Positions 49,839 through 59,644 of a stretch of DNA of 59,644 nucleotides are shown here, piece by piece. The DNA lies in NCBI GenBank assembly GCA_031411295.1, contig JANOAV010000024.1, positions 1 to 59,644 of the forward strand, in the 5' to 3' direction. The notes beneath the pieces were generated by a model. That model was not told the origin of the DNA. It did no database searches and saw only the letters and a program-made list of their open reading frames with translations. The translations under genes were made by a program, and so were the position numbers. Position 1 is the first letter of the stretch; every line of letters begins with the position of its first letter. The DNA comes from Verrucomicrobiales bacterium. Its GTDB lineage: Bacteria; Verrucomicrobiota; Verrucomicrobiia; Verrucomicrobiales; V1-33.

Positions 49839-52106
49839 TTATTCCCCCCCTGTCCGGACTGTCAGACGCTTGGGTTTAGCTTCCAGCGTCGTCCCGTCGG
49901 AGAACGTCACCTTCAGCGGAATGGATCCATAGTTGTAAGCCGCGTAGGACTTCTTGCCCTGCTTGGAGAAAACGTTGCAGAAGGGATGATCTGCCGTCAC
50001 CGATGCCTCATTGATGCCCAGGGTATTCAGCGTTTCGATCCAATGCGCCATGAAAGCATGGGTGTTCCCTCCTTCCAACTTGCAGTCAGGATGGGCGTCA
50101 AAATAGGTGGCTGCCGCCGCAGGATCGCTGAGCCCGTAGAACATGATCACCAGATCTCCCCAGCCTGTGTTGTAGTCCTTCCCTTCCTTCCGTTGCTCGA
50201 CGATCCGATCGTGATTCTTTTTCACATAATCCGGATGCCCGCCCATGTAGATCGAAGCGGGAGTAAATGGCAGCCAATTGATTCCGTGGATGCAATCGAT
50301 GTCGGCCGAGAACCAGGTCGCGAACGCGCCCTTGCCGCCCCAGACCATGCCCAGAGCCACGTTGGGAAAACTCTTGGGAAAGTTGGTTCCCGAGACATCG
50401 AACCAATATTCTTCAACTGCGGTGCGTTCGGTGTTAAACAGGAAAATCCCGGTGTCGCGCACCAACTTGTTGCCCGTGGCCTCACCCCATAACATCATCC
50501 CATACCAAGCATTCATTGATTCCGAGGAAGACTCCTGATTATTGCCATCGGCAAAATTGGCGTCACCAGACGCCCACGAATGCCCGGCATATTTGTCGAA
50601 ACAACGAATGTAGGGAAACATGGTTTCCGCACGATCAGGGGAAGCAATATCACGGATCAACAGCATCACCATCGGTCCCCATTGCTTGGCCCAGGCGGCA
50701 TCCAAGCGTGCCAGTTCCGCCGCCGCCCGAATAAAATATCCGTAGTGGAAATGGTGATCGTTGATCGGTTTGTCACTGCCGTAGGAAGGCTTGGAGCCTA
50801 CTAAGGTGCCCCAATTCGCATTGTAATAAAAGAGTGGCGCATCCTCGCCTGCGGAAGCGGTGAACCAATTTTCAAGCCGGCGTTTCATTTCGGTCACGAA
50901 TACCTTTTGCAAGTCGGCCTCCCCCAGCATCTCCGCGATTCCGCTCAGCGTGGCCAATCGACCCAAGTATTTGCCTTCCCAATAAGTATCCGCAAACGCC
51001 CCGGGCTTGGTGGCCGCTTCCGCTTTCAAATATCCCAGCAGACGCTCCCGATTTTTGATGCCCTCAGCCGGAAGCATCGGCAGCACGCCTTGAATGGGCA
51101 CTTCAGTCACAAACGAGGATCCCACCCCCACCTTCATTTCACCACGCACAGACTGGTAGTTCATGGCGGAAAGTTTCGTCGTCGTGTATTTCCATTGGTG
51201 CGGATAAAGCGCAAAGATCGTGCCTTGCTCCGAACCTTCCCACGCCTTGACTTTGAATTCATACGCCCCCTTCACCTTGCCAGCCAAGGCGGCGTAATTC
51301 AATTGGGTATCAGTCACGTGATTGTAAGCGTAACGCTGGAAGAGCGCCAAGGTTTCCGGCTTATCATCCGGCAGCAAGGCGACGGAGAAATAGGATTTAC
51401 CACCTGATTGATTGGTAAACGTGGTCCCATCAAGGCCGCTCCAAGTCGTGCCAGTGGCACCGAACAAACCGTAGTGATGACCATTGCTAGTGATGCCCAA
51501 AACAGCCGCCTTGGTGCCAGACCAAATTTTCGGGGCGTTGCCAAAACGCACCACGGGATCGCCCCCACCATAGAGGCAATACACAAAGGGACTGCCGTGG
51601 CCGAAGCTGGTCTTGAGTGAACTCTGCCCAGAGATAAACGCCGCCGTCACGAACCAATCAGAGTAACCGCCACATTCAGCATTCGGAAATTTCGTTGTCG
51701 CTGAGTGACCGATTACTAAATCCCCCACCTTCGTGATGCCCCCGCCCATAATGGCCGCCTGATTCGCCACGATGGCCGTGCCGGGATAGCCGATCGCCAG
51801 TCCCTCTGGGGTGCAGACCATTCCCAGGGGGTGGGCAAACATGTTTTGCGAAAACTCCTGCCACAGCAAAGAACTCCACCATTGACCAGTGACCGTCGGG
51901 CCTTTCACCTCAGCAGTCTTGAAAATCTTCTCCGGCAACGGCTTGCAGGATTTTGGAACCTCCGTGGCATAACTTCCGGAACCAACGGGAATCATCTCCG
52001 CCACGCACGCGGACATTCCCGCAGCCAGCGCCACCGCTATGGTGATCATGCCGCTCCAGGGCCATCTGTTAGAATTAGGGGGGGACGGTGGGAAACTTGG
52101 ATTCAT
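49839..52106 (-). CDS. GH81 endo-1,3-beta-glucanase
   Basis: WWSS, GSPF, NDHHFHYGYF, GHSWASG, GNNQESSSES; start uncertain. Confidence 0.9.
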   Translation of the reverse strand: MNPSFPPSPPNSNRWPWSGMITIAVALAAGMSACVAEMIPVGSGSYATEVPKSCKPLPEKIFKTAEVKGPTVTGQWWSSLLWQEFSQNMFAHPLGMVCTPEGLAIGYPGTAIVANQAAIMGGGITKVGDLVIGHSATTKFPNAECGGYSDWFVTAAFISGQSSLKTSFGHGSPFVYCLYGGGDPVVRFGNAPKIWSGTKAAVLGITSNGHHYGLFGATGTTWSGLDGTTFTNQSGGKSYFSVALLPDDKPETLALFQRYAYNHVTDTQLNYAALAGKVKGAYEFKVKAWEGSEQGTIFALYPHQWKYTTTKLSAMNYQSVRGEMKVGVGSSFVTEVPIQGVLPMLPAEGIKNRERLLGYLKAEAATKPGAFADTYWEGKYLGRLATLSGIAEMLGEADLQKVFVTEMKRRLENWFTASAGEDAPLFYYNANWGTLVGSKPSYGSDKPINDHHFHYGYFIRAAAELARLDAAWAKQWGPMVMLLIRDIASPDRAETMFPYIRCFDKYAGHSWASGDANFADGNNQESSSESMNAWYGMMLWGEATGNKLVRDTGIFLFNTERTAVEEYWFDVSGTNFPKSFPNVALGMVWGGKGAFATWFSADIDCIHGINWLPFTPASIYMGGHPDYVKKNHDRIVEQRKEGKDYNTGWGDLVIMFYGLSDPAAAATYFDAHPDCKLEGGNTHAFMAHWIETLNTLGINEASVTADHPFCNVFSKQGKKSYAAYNYGSIPLKVTFSDGTTLEAKPKRLTVRTGGE

Positions 52107-52294
52107 GAAAAAGCCGGAAGGGTGACTGGATTTAAGTGGGCAATTCCTGAGCGAATTTGCATAATTTTGCAAGCTTAATTTCGCATCTCCGCAACGAATC
52201 CACAGGAGGGCTTCGCCCCTCACCGCGATCGCAGAGCGCAAAGATTACAGATTTTTCTCTGGCCAGCGTTTCATAAAATCGCTAAAACAAATGC

Positions 52295-55200
52295 ATGACG
52301 CGTAAATTCCTCTCCCCCCTCTCAGCGTCGATCCTCCTCTGCTCCTTGTTTCTCGGCAAGGCTTTCGCAGCGGATTCGGTCGTCGTGATTAATGAAGTGC
52401 ATTACCATCCCACAGATCCGACAGAAGCCGGAGAGTGGGTCGAATTGCATAATCAAAATGCAGTTAATGTTGACCTGTCAGGCTGGCGCCTCAGTGGAGG
52501 CATTGATTATGTTTTCCCCAACAATACCGTCATTTCCGGCAAGGGTTATCTCGTGGTGGCAAAGACGCCAGGCATGGTGGCAGGCTCCATCGGGCCGTTC
52601 ACGGGCGCGTTGAATAATGCAGGCGATACGATTCGGATCCGCAATAACAGCGACCGCATCATGGACGAATTAAACTATGGCACAAAGGGCGATTGGCCCA
52701 TCGCACCCGATGGCAGTGGCGTGACGCTATCAAAGCGTGATCAGAATACCGCCAGTTACGATGCTGCGGTCTGGACTTCCAGCAGCGCGGTTGGGGGAAC
52801 CCCGGGCGCGCGGAATTTTCCACTGCCACCCACGGGTGGGAAAACGGCGGCGGTTTCCCTGCTCAGTTCTTGGAAATATGACAACAGTGGCTCTGATCTG
52901 GGCACAGCTTGGACGGCGCCTGGCTTCGATGACAGCACTTGGAGCACGGCCAATGCCGCATTCACTTTTGGCGGAGGCACCATGTATGAAGATGCTCCTG
53001 CGGGCACGCAGATTACAGGTGTCTGGAGCATGGATCGATGGACGGGGGACGCCGATTCCCAAATCTCCTCTAGCAAGACCTACACGCACAAGGTGGACTG
53101 CGGAAAACTGGGCTCTTTCACGACGATCAATTCGGTAAATTTCGACTATCAGAGCACGACAGCGATTCGCGCGGGCGGACTGACAGTGCCAACCGCATCC
53201 GAAACCTCCAAGCCATGGACTCTAACGAATTACGGCAACCCCTACACCACCAACACCACCGCTGCGATTAATTTCTTCCCGACGTCTTCTGGAAGCTACA
53301 CGCTCGTCAAAGATTTCTATTATTCCGGGACGGCCACGTTAACCGAAGGCGTCACCATCTCTGGACTAACACCTGGACAAACGAACATTTTCACCCTCTA
53401 CACTGTCGGCTGGGACACTCGGGAAGTCCGCAAAGTTCGGGCGCTGACCAGTAACAACGGAGTCACCACGACACTGGATATGGGAGCGCAAGGCAAGCCG
53501 AAGGGGACCCTTTTCAAATACACCTATGTCGTGCCCGCCAACGGATCACTAACAGTCAGCCTAACCGGAATTAATGCCGCCAGTTGGCATAACTACGCAT
53601 TCAGCAATGAAGTCGCGGGCACCGCGCTACCCTCTGAGGTGTTCGTTACGCCGACCACTGTCACAGACGTTAGTTCTCAGACCGCCAATCAGACGGCAGT
53701 CAACACCATCAACTCAAGCGGATTGGATAGTTATGGCGATCACACGTCCACGGCGGCCAACTTAATGTGGCTGACAACGGCAGCTCCCAGCATCGGCTCG
53801 CCCGCCCAGATCACCTATGATCTGGGCGGTAATCAGACTATCCAAGCTCTGCGCGTGTGGAATTACAATGAACTGCTGAATCCCACTGCGACCGTAACCG
53901 ATAATACGAATCGGGGTGCCAAAAATGTCGAAATCCTCGTCTCTCCTGATGCCAGCGGGGAAACATTTACGACCGCTGGAAATTACGTTTTCCCGCAAGC
54001 CTACGGGATCACCAATGAAATTGGAACCCGGGTGCCGTTCACCGCAGCACAGAACAACGTGCGGCGGGTGCGTTTGAAAATGACCACCACATGGGGCGCG
54101 ACGGATTTTGTGGGCCTCTCGGAAATTCGTTTCCTGCGACCGTTCAGTGGCACTCCGCCGCCCGTGCCAGCGAAGGACAAAATTGCCACGCTGTATAATA
54201 CAGGCGTGACGAACGCAGGCACACCATCCAGCTACAATACGACGGATCTGCACTGGATTTTGAGCGCGACCACGCAAGCTCTGCAAGCTTACACCCCCAC
54301 GTTGACCCTGCCAGCCCCGGTGGCCGTGGGCAATGCGGCTATTGTCTCCAGCCCACATACTGCCTGGATGGCAGCGGATGGAATTTCCAACTTCATCGGC
54401 TTCTCGGGCACTGGCACGGATAATGTGCCGTATGGTCAATTCACCTTCACTACCACCTTCGATTTGGCGAACTTCGTTTCCGGCACCGAGAGTATCCAAG
54501 CGTATATCGCAGTGGATAATCAATTGGACTACTTCAAATTAAATGGCACCGCTCAGCCGACCATCACGGCGGCAGGATTCACCTCCTATCTGGGGCCTTA
54601 TGCGGTCAATGGACCATTCAATGCTGGCCTGAATACCCTGGATGCCGTCTGGACCAACTCCGGCACGGTGCTCGGGCCCGGTGCCCTGCGCATCAATTGG
54701 GACGCGCGGGCGCAGCGCAAACCTGGCCTAATCCTGGCTGCCAATCCCATCACGACTTACTTCCGCAAAAACTTCACCCTCACGGGTGGGACGAATTCAA
54801 CTTACTCCCTTGCTCTGCAACACGCCTTGGATGATGGGGCGGTGTTCTATCTAAATGGCGTCGAGATTTATCGGACGAACCTGCCAACGGGCACCATTAC
54901 TTCCAGCACGCTCGCCACTTCAGATCTGGTTTATCCCAGACTCAGCGCTAAGATCCCACTGCCTGCCACGGGCTTGCTGGTCGGGGCAAATACCCTAACG
55001 GTAGAACTGCACCAAAGCGCTGCGAGCAATGCAGATGCTTACTTCGACGCCTCGCTCGATGTCTTTGAGACGCCCAGTCTCGTAGCGGTGCCTCCGGCGG
55101 TCCGCTTCAATGAAATTTCTGCTGGCACGGCCACCACCAGCGCCAATCTGCTGGAACTGGTCAACACGACGGACTCCTCTATTACGCTCACCGGATACAC

Positions 55201-58200
55201 GTTAGTAAGTTCCGGTGGCGCGACCTACGATCTCAGCACCACGAGCATCCCGGCCAATGGTCTGCTGGCGCTCAATCCCGTCAGCCTCGGCCTCACTGCG
55301 CTGGATGGCGAGAAACTTTTCCTGAAGGGCCCTGGCGGCACCGTGCCGGATTCCTTGGTGGTGAAGAAACGCGGCCAAGCCCGCAGTGGTGAGCTTTGGC
55401 TTACCCCCTCGTCTGTTACGCCAGGAGCCGCCAATGCGTTCTCCGTGCCTGACAGCATCGTGATCAATGAGATCATGTATAAACACGCGCCCACTTATTT
55501 GTCCTCCGGCAAAACCAACAATCCTGAGCAGTGGCTGGAATTGTATAACAAGAGCGGCAGTCCTGTCAGTCTGGCCGGCTGGAGCCTCACCGGCGGTATA
55601 AATTACAATTTCCCTGCGACCGCCAGCATCCCGGCCAGCGGTTATTTGGTAGTGGCGAAAGATAAGGTCACTCTGGCTGCAAGCTATCCCTCCATTACCA
55701 TCGTGGGCAATTTCTCCGGCTCAATGAATCCGGAGGAACCCATCCGTATCGAAGATCCGAACAACAACGTGGTGGATGAAGTGAAATTCTACAGTGGCGG
55801 ACGCTGGGATGATCGCGCCAATGGCGGTGGTGCTAGTTTGGAATTGCGCGATCCCCGCTCCGACAACTCGCAGCCCGAGGCCTGGGCCGCCAGTGATGAG
55901 TCCGGTAAATCCACCTGGGTGAACGTCGAGTATCAAGGCTTGGGCGCACCGACCATCCTCGATGGCACCACGAGCAGGGAGCCGACCACTTATAACGAGT
56001 TCATCATGGGCTTGGTGGCGAAAGGCGAATATTTGATCGATGACGTTTCCGTGATTCAAGATCCGCTGGGCACGCCGGTGGAACTGATTCAGAACGGCGG
56101 CTTTGAAGGAAACAATACAAACTTCTGGCGACTGCTCGGCACCCACGGAGCGCACAATTTATCGGTGGTAGTGCCGGATCCAAGCAATGGCGCGCAGAAA
56201 GTGCTGAAGGTCGTGGCATCTGATTCGGCCGAGCACATGCACAACCATGTCGAAACAACGTTGAAGAATGTTTCCACGAACGCATTCGTCACCCTGAGCC
56301 CCACAACAACTTATAAAATCAAATTCCGCGCGCGCTGGCTCTCGGGATCCCCTCGCTTGAACACACGGCTGTATTTCAATCGATTGCCGAAACAAACCAT
56401 TCTGCCGATCCCCAACAATGAAGGGACCCCGGGCTTACCGAACACCCGCCTCGTCGCAAATGCAGGCCCTACGTTCACGAATCTGATTCACTCTCCCGTG
56501 CTGCCTGCAGCCGGTCAGAATACTCAGGTGACAATCGGCGTGGCCGATCCAGACAGTGTGGGCGCGGTTAATTTGAAATGGCGACTGGACCCTGGCACCA
56601 CTTGGAACACGGTGCCGCTCGCTACCACGGGCGGCGGTATTTACACGGGCAGCCTGCCTGGTCAAAACACCGGTGCTTTGGTGCAGTTTTACATCGAAGC
56701 CACCGATACCGCAGGCAGCCCAGCCACGTCCACCTTCCCCGCTGCCGGAGTGAAATCCGGGGCTTACATTCGCTTCAACGATGGCTACGCGCCCACCACT
56801 CCCGGCCATGAATTCCGTTTCCTCATGTCCCAAGCGGACGCGGATTGGATTCATAGTGACACCCAGGGCATGAGTAATCATTTCATGCCGGCAACGCTCA
56901 TTTACCAAGGCACAGAGGTATTCTATGACATCGGAGCCCGCACCAAATCCAGCGAGCGGGGCCGACTCCAAGCAACCCGCTTGGGCTTCGCACTGTCATT
57001 CGATGACATGCACAGATTTCGCGGCGTGAACGGCAGCATCAACTTGGATCGCAGTGGCCTCGGCCTCGCAGCAGGGGCCGGCAGTCAGGGCCACGGAGAA
57101 ATCATGAACTGGCAATACATCAATCGGGCCGCCAACATTCCCGGTATGTATAACGACATGGTGTATGTCATTGCTCCGCGGGCCGCCCAGCTTGGCTCGG
57201 CCATGCTGACCATGGCGGAGTTCAATGACAACTATCTCGACGGTCAATACGACAACGGGGCCTCAGGTGCGGTGCATAAGCTCGACTTCATTTACTATCC
57301 CACCACCACGAACACGGGCACCCCGGAAGGCCTGAAAATTGCCAACCCGGATGCGGTTATCGGCGTGGCCATTCCTTCGCTCAATAGTCCAACGGATAAG
57401 GAAGCGTATCGTTGGGATTTCCTACTCGGCAATGCGACCGCGGCCGATAACTACCAAGGCATCATTAACATGAACCAAGCCCTGCGCGTAGCTCAAGGGC
57501 CCGCCTTCGTCACTGCCATCTCTGCGGCCGTTGATGTGGATGAATACCTGCGGGCTTCCGCCTCCATGGTCTTTACCAATGCCACCGACCATTACTCCGC
57601 CGCCGGCAGCGGCCAAGCACACAATTTGAAACTCTACACGCGGCCATCCGATGGTCGTGTGCTCTACATGCCCTGGGATCATGATTTCCAAACACTGAAC
57701 GCCGTGGGTGGCGCGACGGCAACATCCGCCATCATCAACAACGGTGACTTGGCGAAAATCATTGCCGGCAGCCCCGGCTGGGAACGCGCGTTCTGGGGTC
57801 ACCTGCATGATATCATGACGCGCAGTTTCAATCGCGCTTACATGGACCCTTGGATCGATCACTATGCCACGTTCTCCACCACGGGTGGAAATTACGCCCA
57901 ATACAAGACCTGGATTGATGCCCGCCGCACCCAAGTCCTGGCGCAGTGTGCGACCACCGTCCCTACGGTCGCATTCAGCATCACCACCAACGGTGGCGCC
58001 AACTTCAGCGATGTCGGCCCGCTCACCACGTTGGCCGGCAAAGCCTGGCTGGATGTGCAGAACCTGCGGATTGCTGGCACCACGGAACTTCTCCCCGTGA
58101 CTTGGACCGCCAAGGACAGTTGGCAAATCCTGCTGCCAGTCCGTTTCGGCCCCAATCCCTTCACCATCGAAGGCATTGGCTATGATGGCACCACGGTGAT

Positions 58201-59122
58201 CGCCAGCACGAGCATCACGATTACTGGCACCGGCACCATCGTCCCAGCCGATGCCACCAATACGGTCATTGCTGAATTGGATTATCATCCCGCAGCCAGT
58301 CTGGTAACGGCCGCTTATCCGAGCAAAGATGATTTCGAATGGATCGAACTGCAAAATATCAGCACCAACACCATCGAACTGAGAAACTGCCATTTCGATA
58401 CCGGCATCACCTACACCTTCACCGCCAGCACGCTCGTTCCTGCAGGTGGCCGCCTCATCATTCCCCGACGCGCAGCAGCCTTTGCCATTACTCATCCGGG
58501 CGTAACTACAGCCCCTGAATACTACCTTGCGACAGATCCAACCGGCAACCAATTCAGCAACGGGGGCGAGGAAATCAGCCTCGTGGATGCTGCCGGACGC
58601 GATATCAAACGCTTCGTCTATGATGATGTGGCCCCTTGGCCCACCTCGCCCGACAGTCTGGGTAAAACGTTGGTCCTCATTTCTCCATTCTCCAATCCAG
58701 ACCACACTAACCCACTCAGTTGGCGCGCCAGTCTCGCAGATGAAGGAGCACCTGGAGCCACCGATGGGGTTCCTTTCACGGGGTCAGCCGCTGCGGACAC
58801 CAACAACAACGGCATCCCTGACCTTACAGACTTTGCCATCGGCAGTGGAGAAATTCCTTCTGCCGTGTTGGTGGATGGTCCCACGCCCTCGTTCACCTTT
58901 ACGCTGGATCGGGACGTCACTGCGCAGACGTCCTACGTCATCGAACTCAGCACCGACCTCACCCCCAGCGGAAACGCAGGCTCCTGGCAGACCGTGGTCA
59001 ATCCCACGATGGTTAGTCGCGCCCCGATGACAGGCAATGTCGAACGCCTCACGTTCACGATTCCCGTCCCACCCGCGAGTGCCAATCGGGTCTTCATCCG
59101 GGGGAAATTCACGTCACCCTAA
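52295..59122 (+). CDS. Giant secreted lamin-tail / CotH kinase-like multidomain protein
   Basis: Signal peptide; repeated INE..Y..E(W/F).EL.N lamin-tail motifs; DHY..HN, PWDHD (CotH-like). Confidence 0.87.
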   Translation: MTRKFLSPLSASILLCSLFLGKAFAADSVVVINEVHYHPTDPTEAGEWVELHNQNAVNVDLSGWRLSGGIDYVFPNNTVISGKGYLVVAKTPGMVAGSIGPFTGALNNAGDTIRIRNNSDRIMDELNYGTKGDWPIAPDGSGVTLSKRDQNTASYDAAVWTSSSAVGGTPGARNFPLPPTGGKTAAVSLLSSWKYDNSGSDLGTAWTAPGFDDSTWSTANAAFTFGGGTMYEDAPAGTQITGVWSMDRWTGDADSQISSSKTYTHKVDCGKLGSFTTINSVNFDYQSTTAIRAGGLTVPTASETSKPWTLTNYGNPYTTNTTAAINFFPTSSGSYTLVKDFYYSGTATLTEGVTISGLTPGQTNIFTLYTVGWDTREVRKVRALTSNNGVTTTLDMGAQGKPKGTLFKYTYVVPANGSLTVSLTGINAASWHNYAFSNEVAGTALPSEVFVTPTTVTDVSSQTANQTAVNTINSSGLDSYGDHTSTAANLMWLTTAAPSIGSPAQITYDLGGNQTIQALRVWNYNELLNPTATVTDNTNRGAKNVEILVSPDASGETFTTAGNYVFPQAYGITNEIGTRVPFTAAQNNVRRVRLKMTTTWGATDFVGLSEIRFLRPFSGTPPPVPAKDKIATLYNTGVTNAGTPSSYNTTDLHWILSATTQALQAYTPTLTLPAPVAVGNAAIVSSPHTAWMAADGISNFIGFSGTGTDNVPYGQFTFTTTFDLANFVSGTESIQAYIAVDNQLDYFKLNGTAQPTITAAGFTSYLGPYAVNGPFNAGLNTLDAVWTNSGTVLGPGALRINWDARAQRKPGLILAANPITTYFRKNFTLTGGTNSTYSLALQHALDDGAVFYLNGVEIYRTNLPTGTITSSTLATSDLVYPRLSAKIPLPATGLLVGANTLTVELHQSAASNADAYFDASLDVFETPSLVAVPPAVRFNEISAGTATTSANLLELVNTTDSSITLTGYTLVSSGGATYDLSTTSIPANGLLALNPVSLGLTALDGEKLFLKGPGGTVPDSLVVKKRGQARSGELWLTPSSVTPGAANAFSVPDSIVINEIMYKHAPTYLSSGKTNNPEQWLELYNKSGSPVSLAGWSLTGGINYNFPATASIPASGYLVVAKDKVTLAASYPSITIVGNFSGSMNPEEPIRIEDPNNNVVDEVKFYSGGRWDDRANGGGASLELRDPRSDNSQPEAWAASDESGKSTWVNVEYQGLGAPTILDGTTSREPTTYNEFIMGLVAKGEYLIDDVSVIQDPLGTPVELIQNGGFEGNNTNFWRLLGTHGAHNLSVVVPDPSNGAQKVLKVVASDSAEHMHNHVETTLKNVSTNAFVTLSPTTTYKIKFRARWLSGSPRLNTRLYFNRLPKQTILPIPNNEGTPGLPNTRLVANAGPTFTNLIHSPVLPAAGQNTQVTIGVADPDSVGAVNLKWRLDPGTTWNTVPLATTGGGIYTGSLPGQNTGALVQFYIEATDTAGSPATSTFPAAGVKSGAYIRFNDGYAPTTPGHEFRFLMSQADADWIHSDTQGMSNHFMPATLIYQGTEVFYDIGARTKSSERGRLQATRLGFALSFDDMHRFRGVNGSINLDRSGLGLAAGAGSQGHGEIMNWQYINRAANIPGMYNDMVYVIAPRAAQLGSAMLTMAEFNDNYLDGQYDNGASGAVHKLDFIYYPTTTNTGTPEGLKIANPDAVIGVAIPSLNSPTDKEAYRWDFLLGNATAADNYQGIINMNQALRVAQGPAFVTAISAAVDVDEYLRASASMVFTNATDHYSAAGSGQAHNLKLYTRPSDGRVLYMPWDHDFQTLNAVGGATATSAIINNGDLAKIIAGSPGWERAFWGHLHDIMTRSFNRAYMDPWIDHYATFSTTGGNYAQYKTWIDARRTQVLAQCATTVPTVAFSITTNGGANFSDVGPLTTLAGKAWLDVQNLRIAGTTELLPVTWTAKDSWQILLPVRFGPNPFTIEGIGYDGTTVIASTSITITGTGTIVPADATNTVIAELDYHPAASLVTAAYPSKDDFEWIELQNISTNTIELRNCHFDTGITYTFTASTLVPAGGRLIIPRRAAAFAITHPGVTTAPEYYLATDPTGNQFSNGGEEISLVDAAGRDIKRFVYDDVAPWPTSPDSLGKTLVLISPFSNPDHTNPLSWRASLADEGAPGATDGVPFTGSAAADTNNNGIPDLTDFAIGSGEIPSAVLVDGPTPSFTFTLDRDVTAQTSYVIELSTDLTPSGNAGSWQTVVNPTMVSRAPMTGNVERLTFTIPVPPASANRVFIRGKFTSP

Positions 59123-59165
59123 CTCAGTCATTACCACCAAGGATCCGCTAATTTTGAGCGAATGT

Positions 59166-59418
59166 GGAGCAGCCCGCTCGGCTGCTCAGACTCAGACATC
59201 CTGACCTACGGGAAAGATGGGTGGCCCCAGAGTTTCTGACGAGCTTCCGCCAGGCTGATCCTGATGGCGGAGGGACTCCGCCACTCCAATTGGAGTGGCG
59301 TGACTCTGTCCGCCATTTCTTACCCGCATTCCTACTCCCAGGGCCATCCATTTTCCCCATGCGCGGAAAGCTTTCCCGTGCAGGTCAGGATGTCTCAGAC
59401 TCAGACATCCTGACCTGC
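59166..59418. repeat. Nested REP/REPIN-like palindrome cluster
   Basis: 22-bp perfect palindrome 59279-59300; 16-bp stem 59380-59418; IR 59194-59216/59371-59395; hairpin 59167-59187. Confidence 0.85.
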
Positions 59419-59644
59419 GCCTGACGAATGATTTCCAGAGGGGAAAACCCATGAGCCACCGGGAGGGGTTAACGGTTCCAGGCGAAGCTTCAGCAACATC
59501 CGCTGGAGTTCCGCTTTTAAGCCAATGCCTTTAAGGATTCAAAAATATCTGGAATTCTGTAATTTCCCATGGCGCCCTGCCAGCTTCTGATGGATTGGGC
59601 GGATGCCCCATAACTCCCTGCCGCTTCCCGCATTCTTTTCCAAT

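Noticed and set aside
57422..58705. Long antisense ORFs (427 aa here and many similar elsewhere)
   Set aside because: Shadow frames of GC-rich, codon-biased genes on the opposite strand
59148..59452. Short ORFs and possible CRISPR array in the terminal repeat cluster
   Set aside because: Repeats are inverted and nested, not regularly spaced direct repeats with unique spacers; no cas genes
59517..59644. Possible 3' end of a minus-strand gene entering from beyond the window
   Set aside because: Only ~40 open codons and no recognisable motif

Overview
GC-rich bacterial chromosomal segment, most likely Verrucomicrobia (PVC), inferred from DUF1501, DUF1549/DUF1553, planctomycete cytochrome c, sulfatase and giant lamin-tail/CotH surface-protein genes. 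Housekeeping genes include monomeric icd, a SNF2 helicase, a CCA-adding enzyme, an orphan rsmH and priA. The best candidate for a new system is a ~6.2 kb islet at the left end. It lies between the icd 3' end and a displaced 143-bp copy of that region that differs only at synonymous sites. It carries an AT-richer 1342-aa nuclease-STAND NTPase-helical-repeat protein (Avs/NLR-like antiphage candidate), a convergent DUF4062 protein and a four-helix-bundle gene; a 49-bp near-perfect palindrome sits just outside it. Other observations: REP-like hairpins inside coding sequence (icd, four-helix-bundle gene), a G7-frameshifted DUF1549/DUF1553 gene, a candidate sRNA with its own promoter and terminator, a duplicated leader bracketing an inserted gene, a coupled nucleotidyltransferase (type IV TA-like) pair beside a truncated gene, a structured ~260-nt region ahead of a giant surface-protein gene, beta-glucan utilisation genes (GH81, clan GH-A) and a nested fold-back repeat at the right end. 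All family calls come from motif recognition by eye, not database searches.
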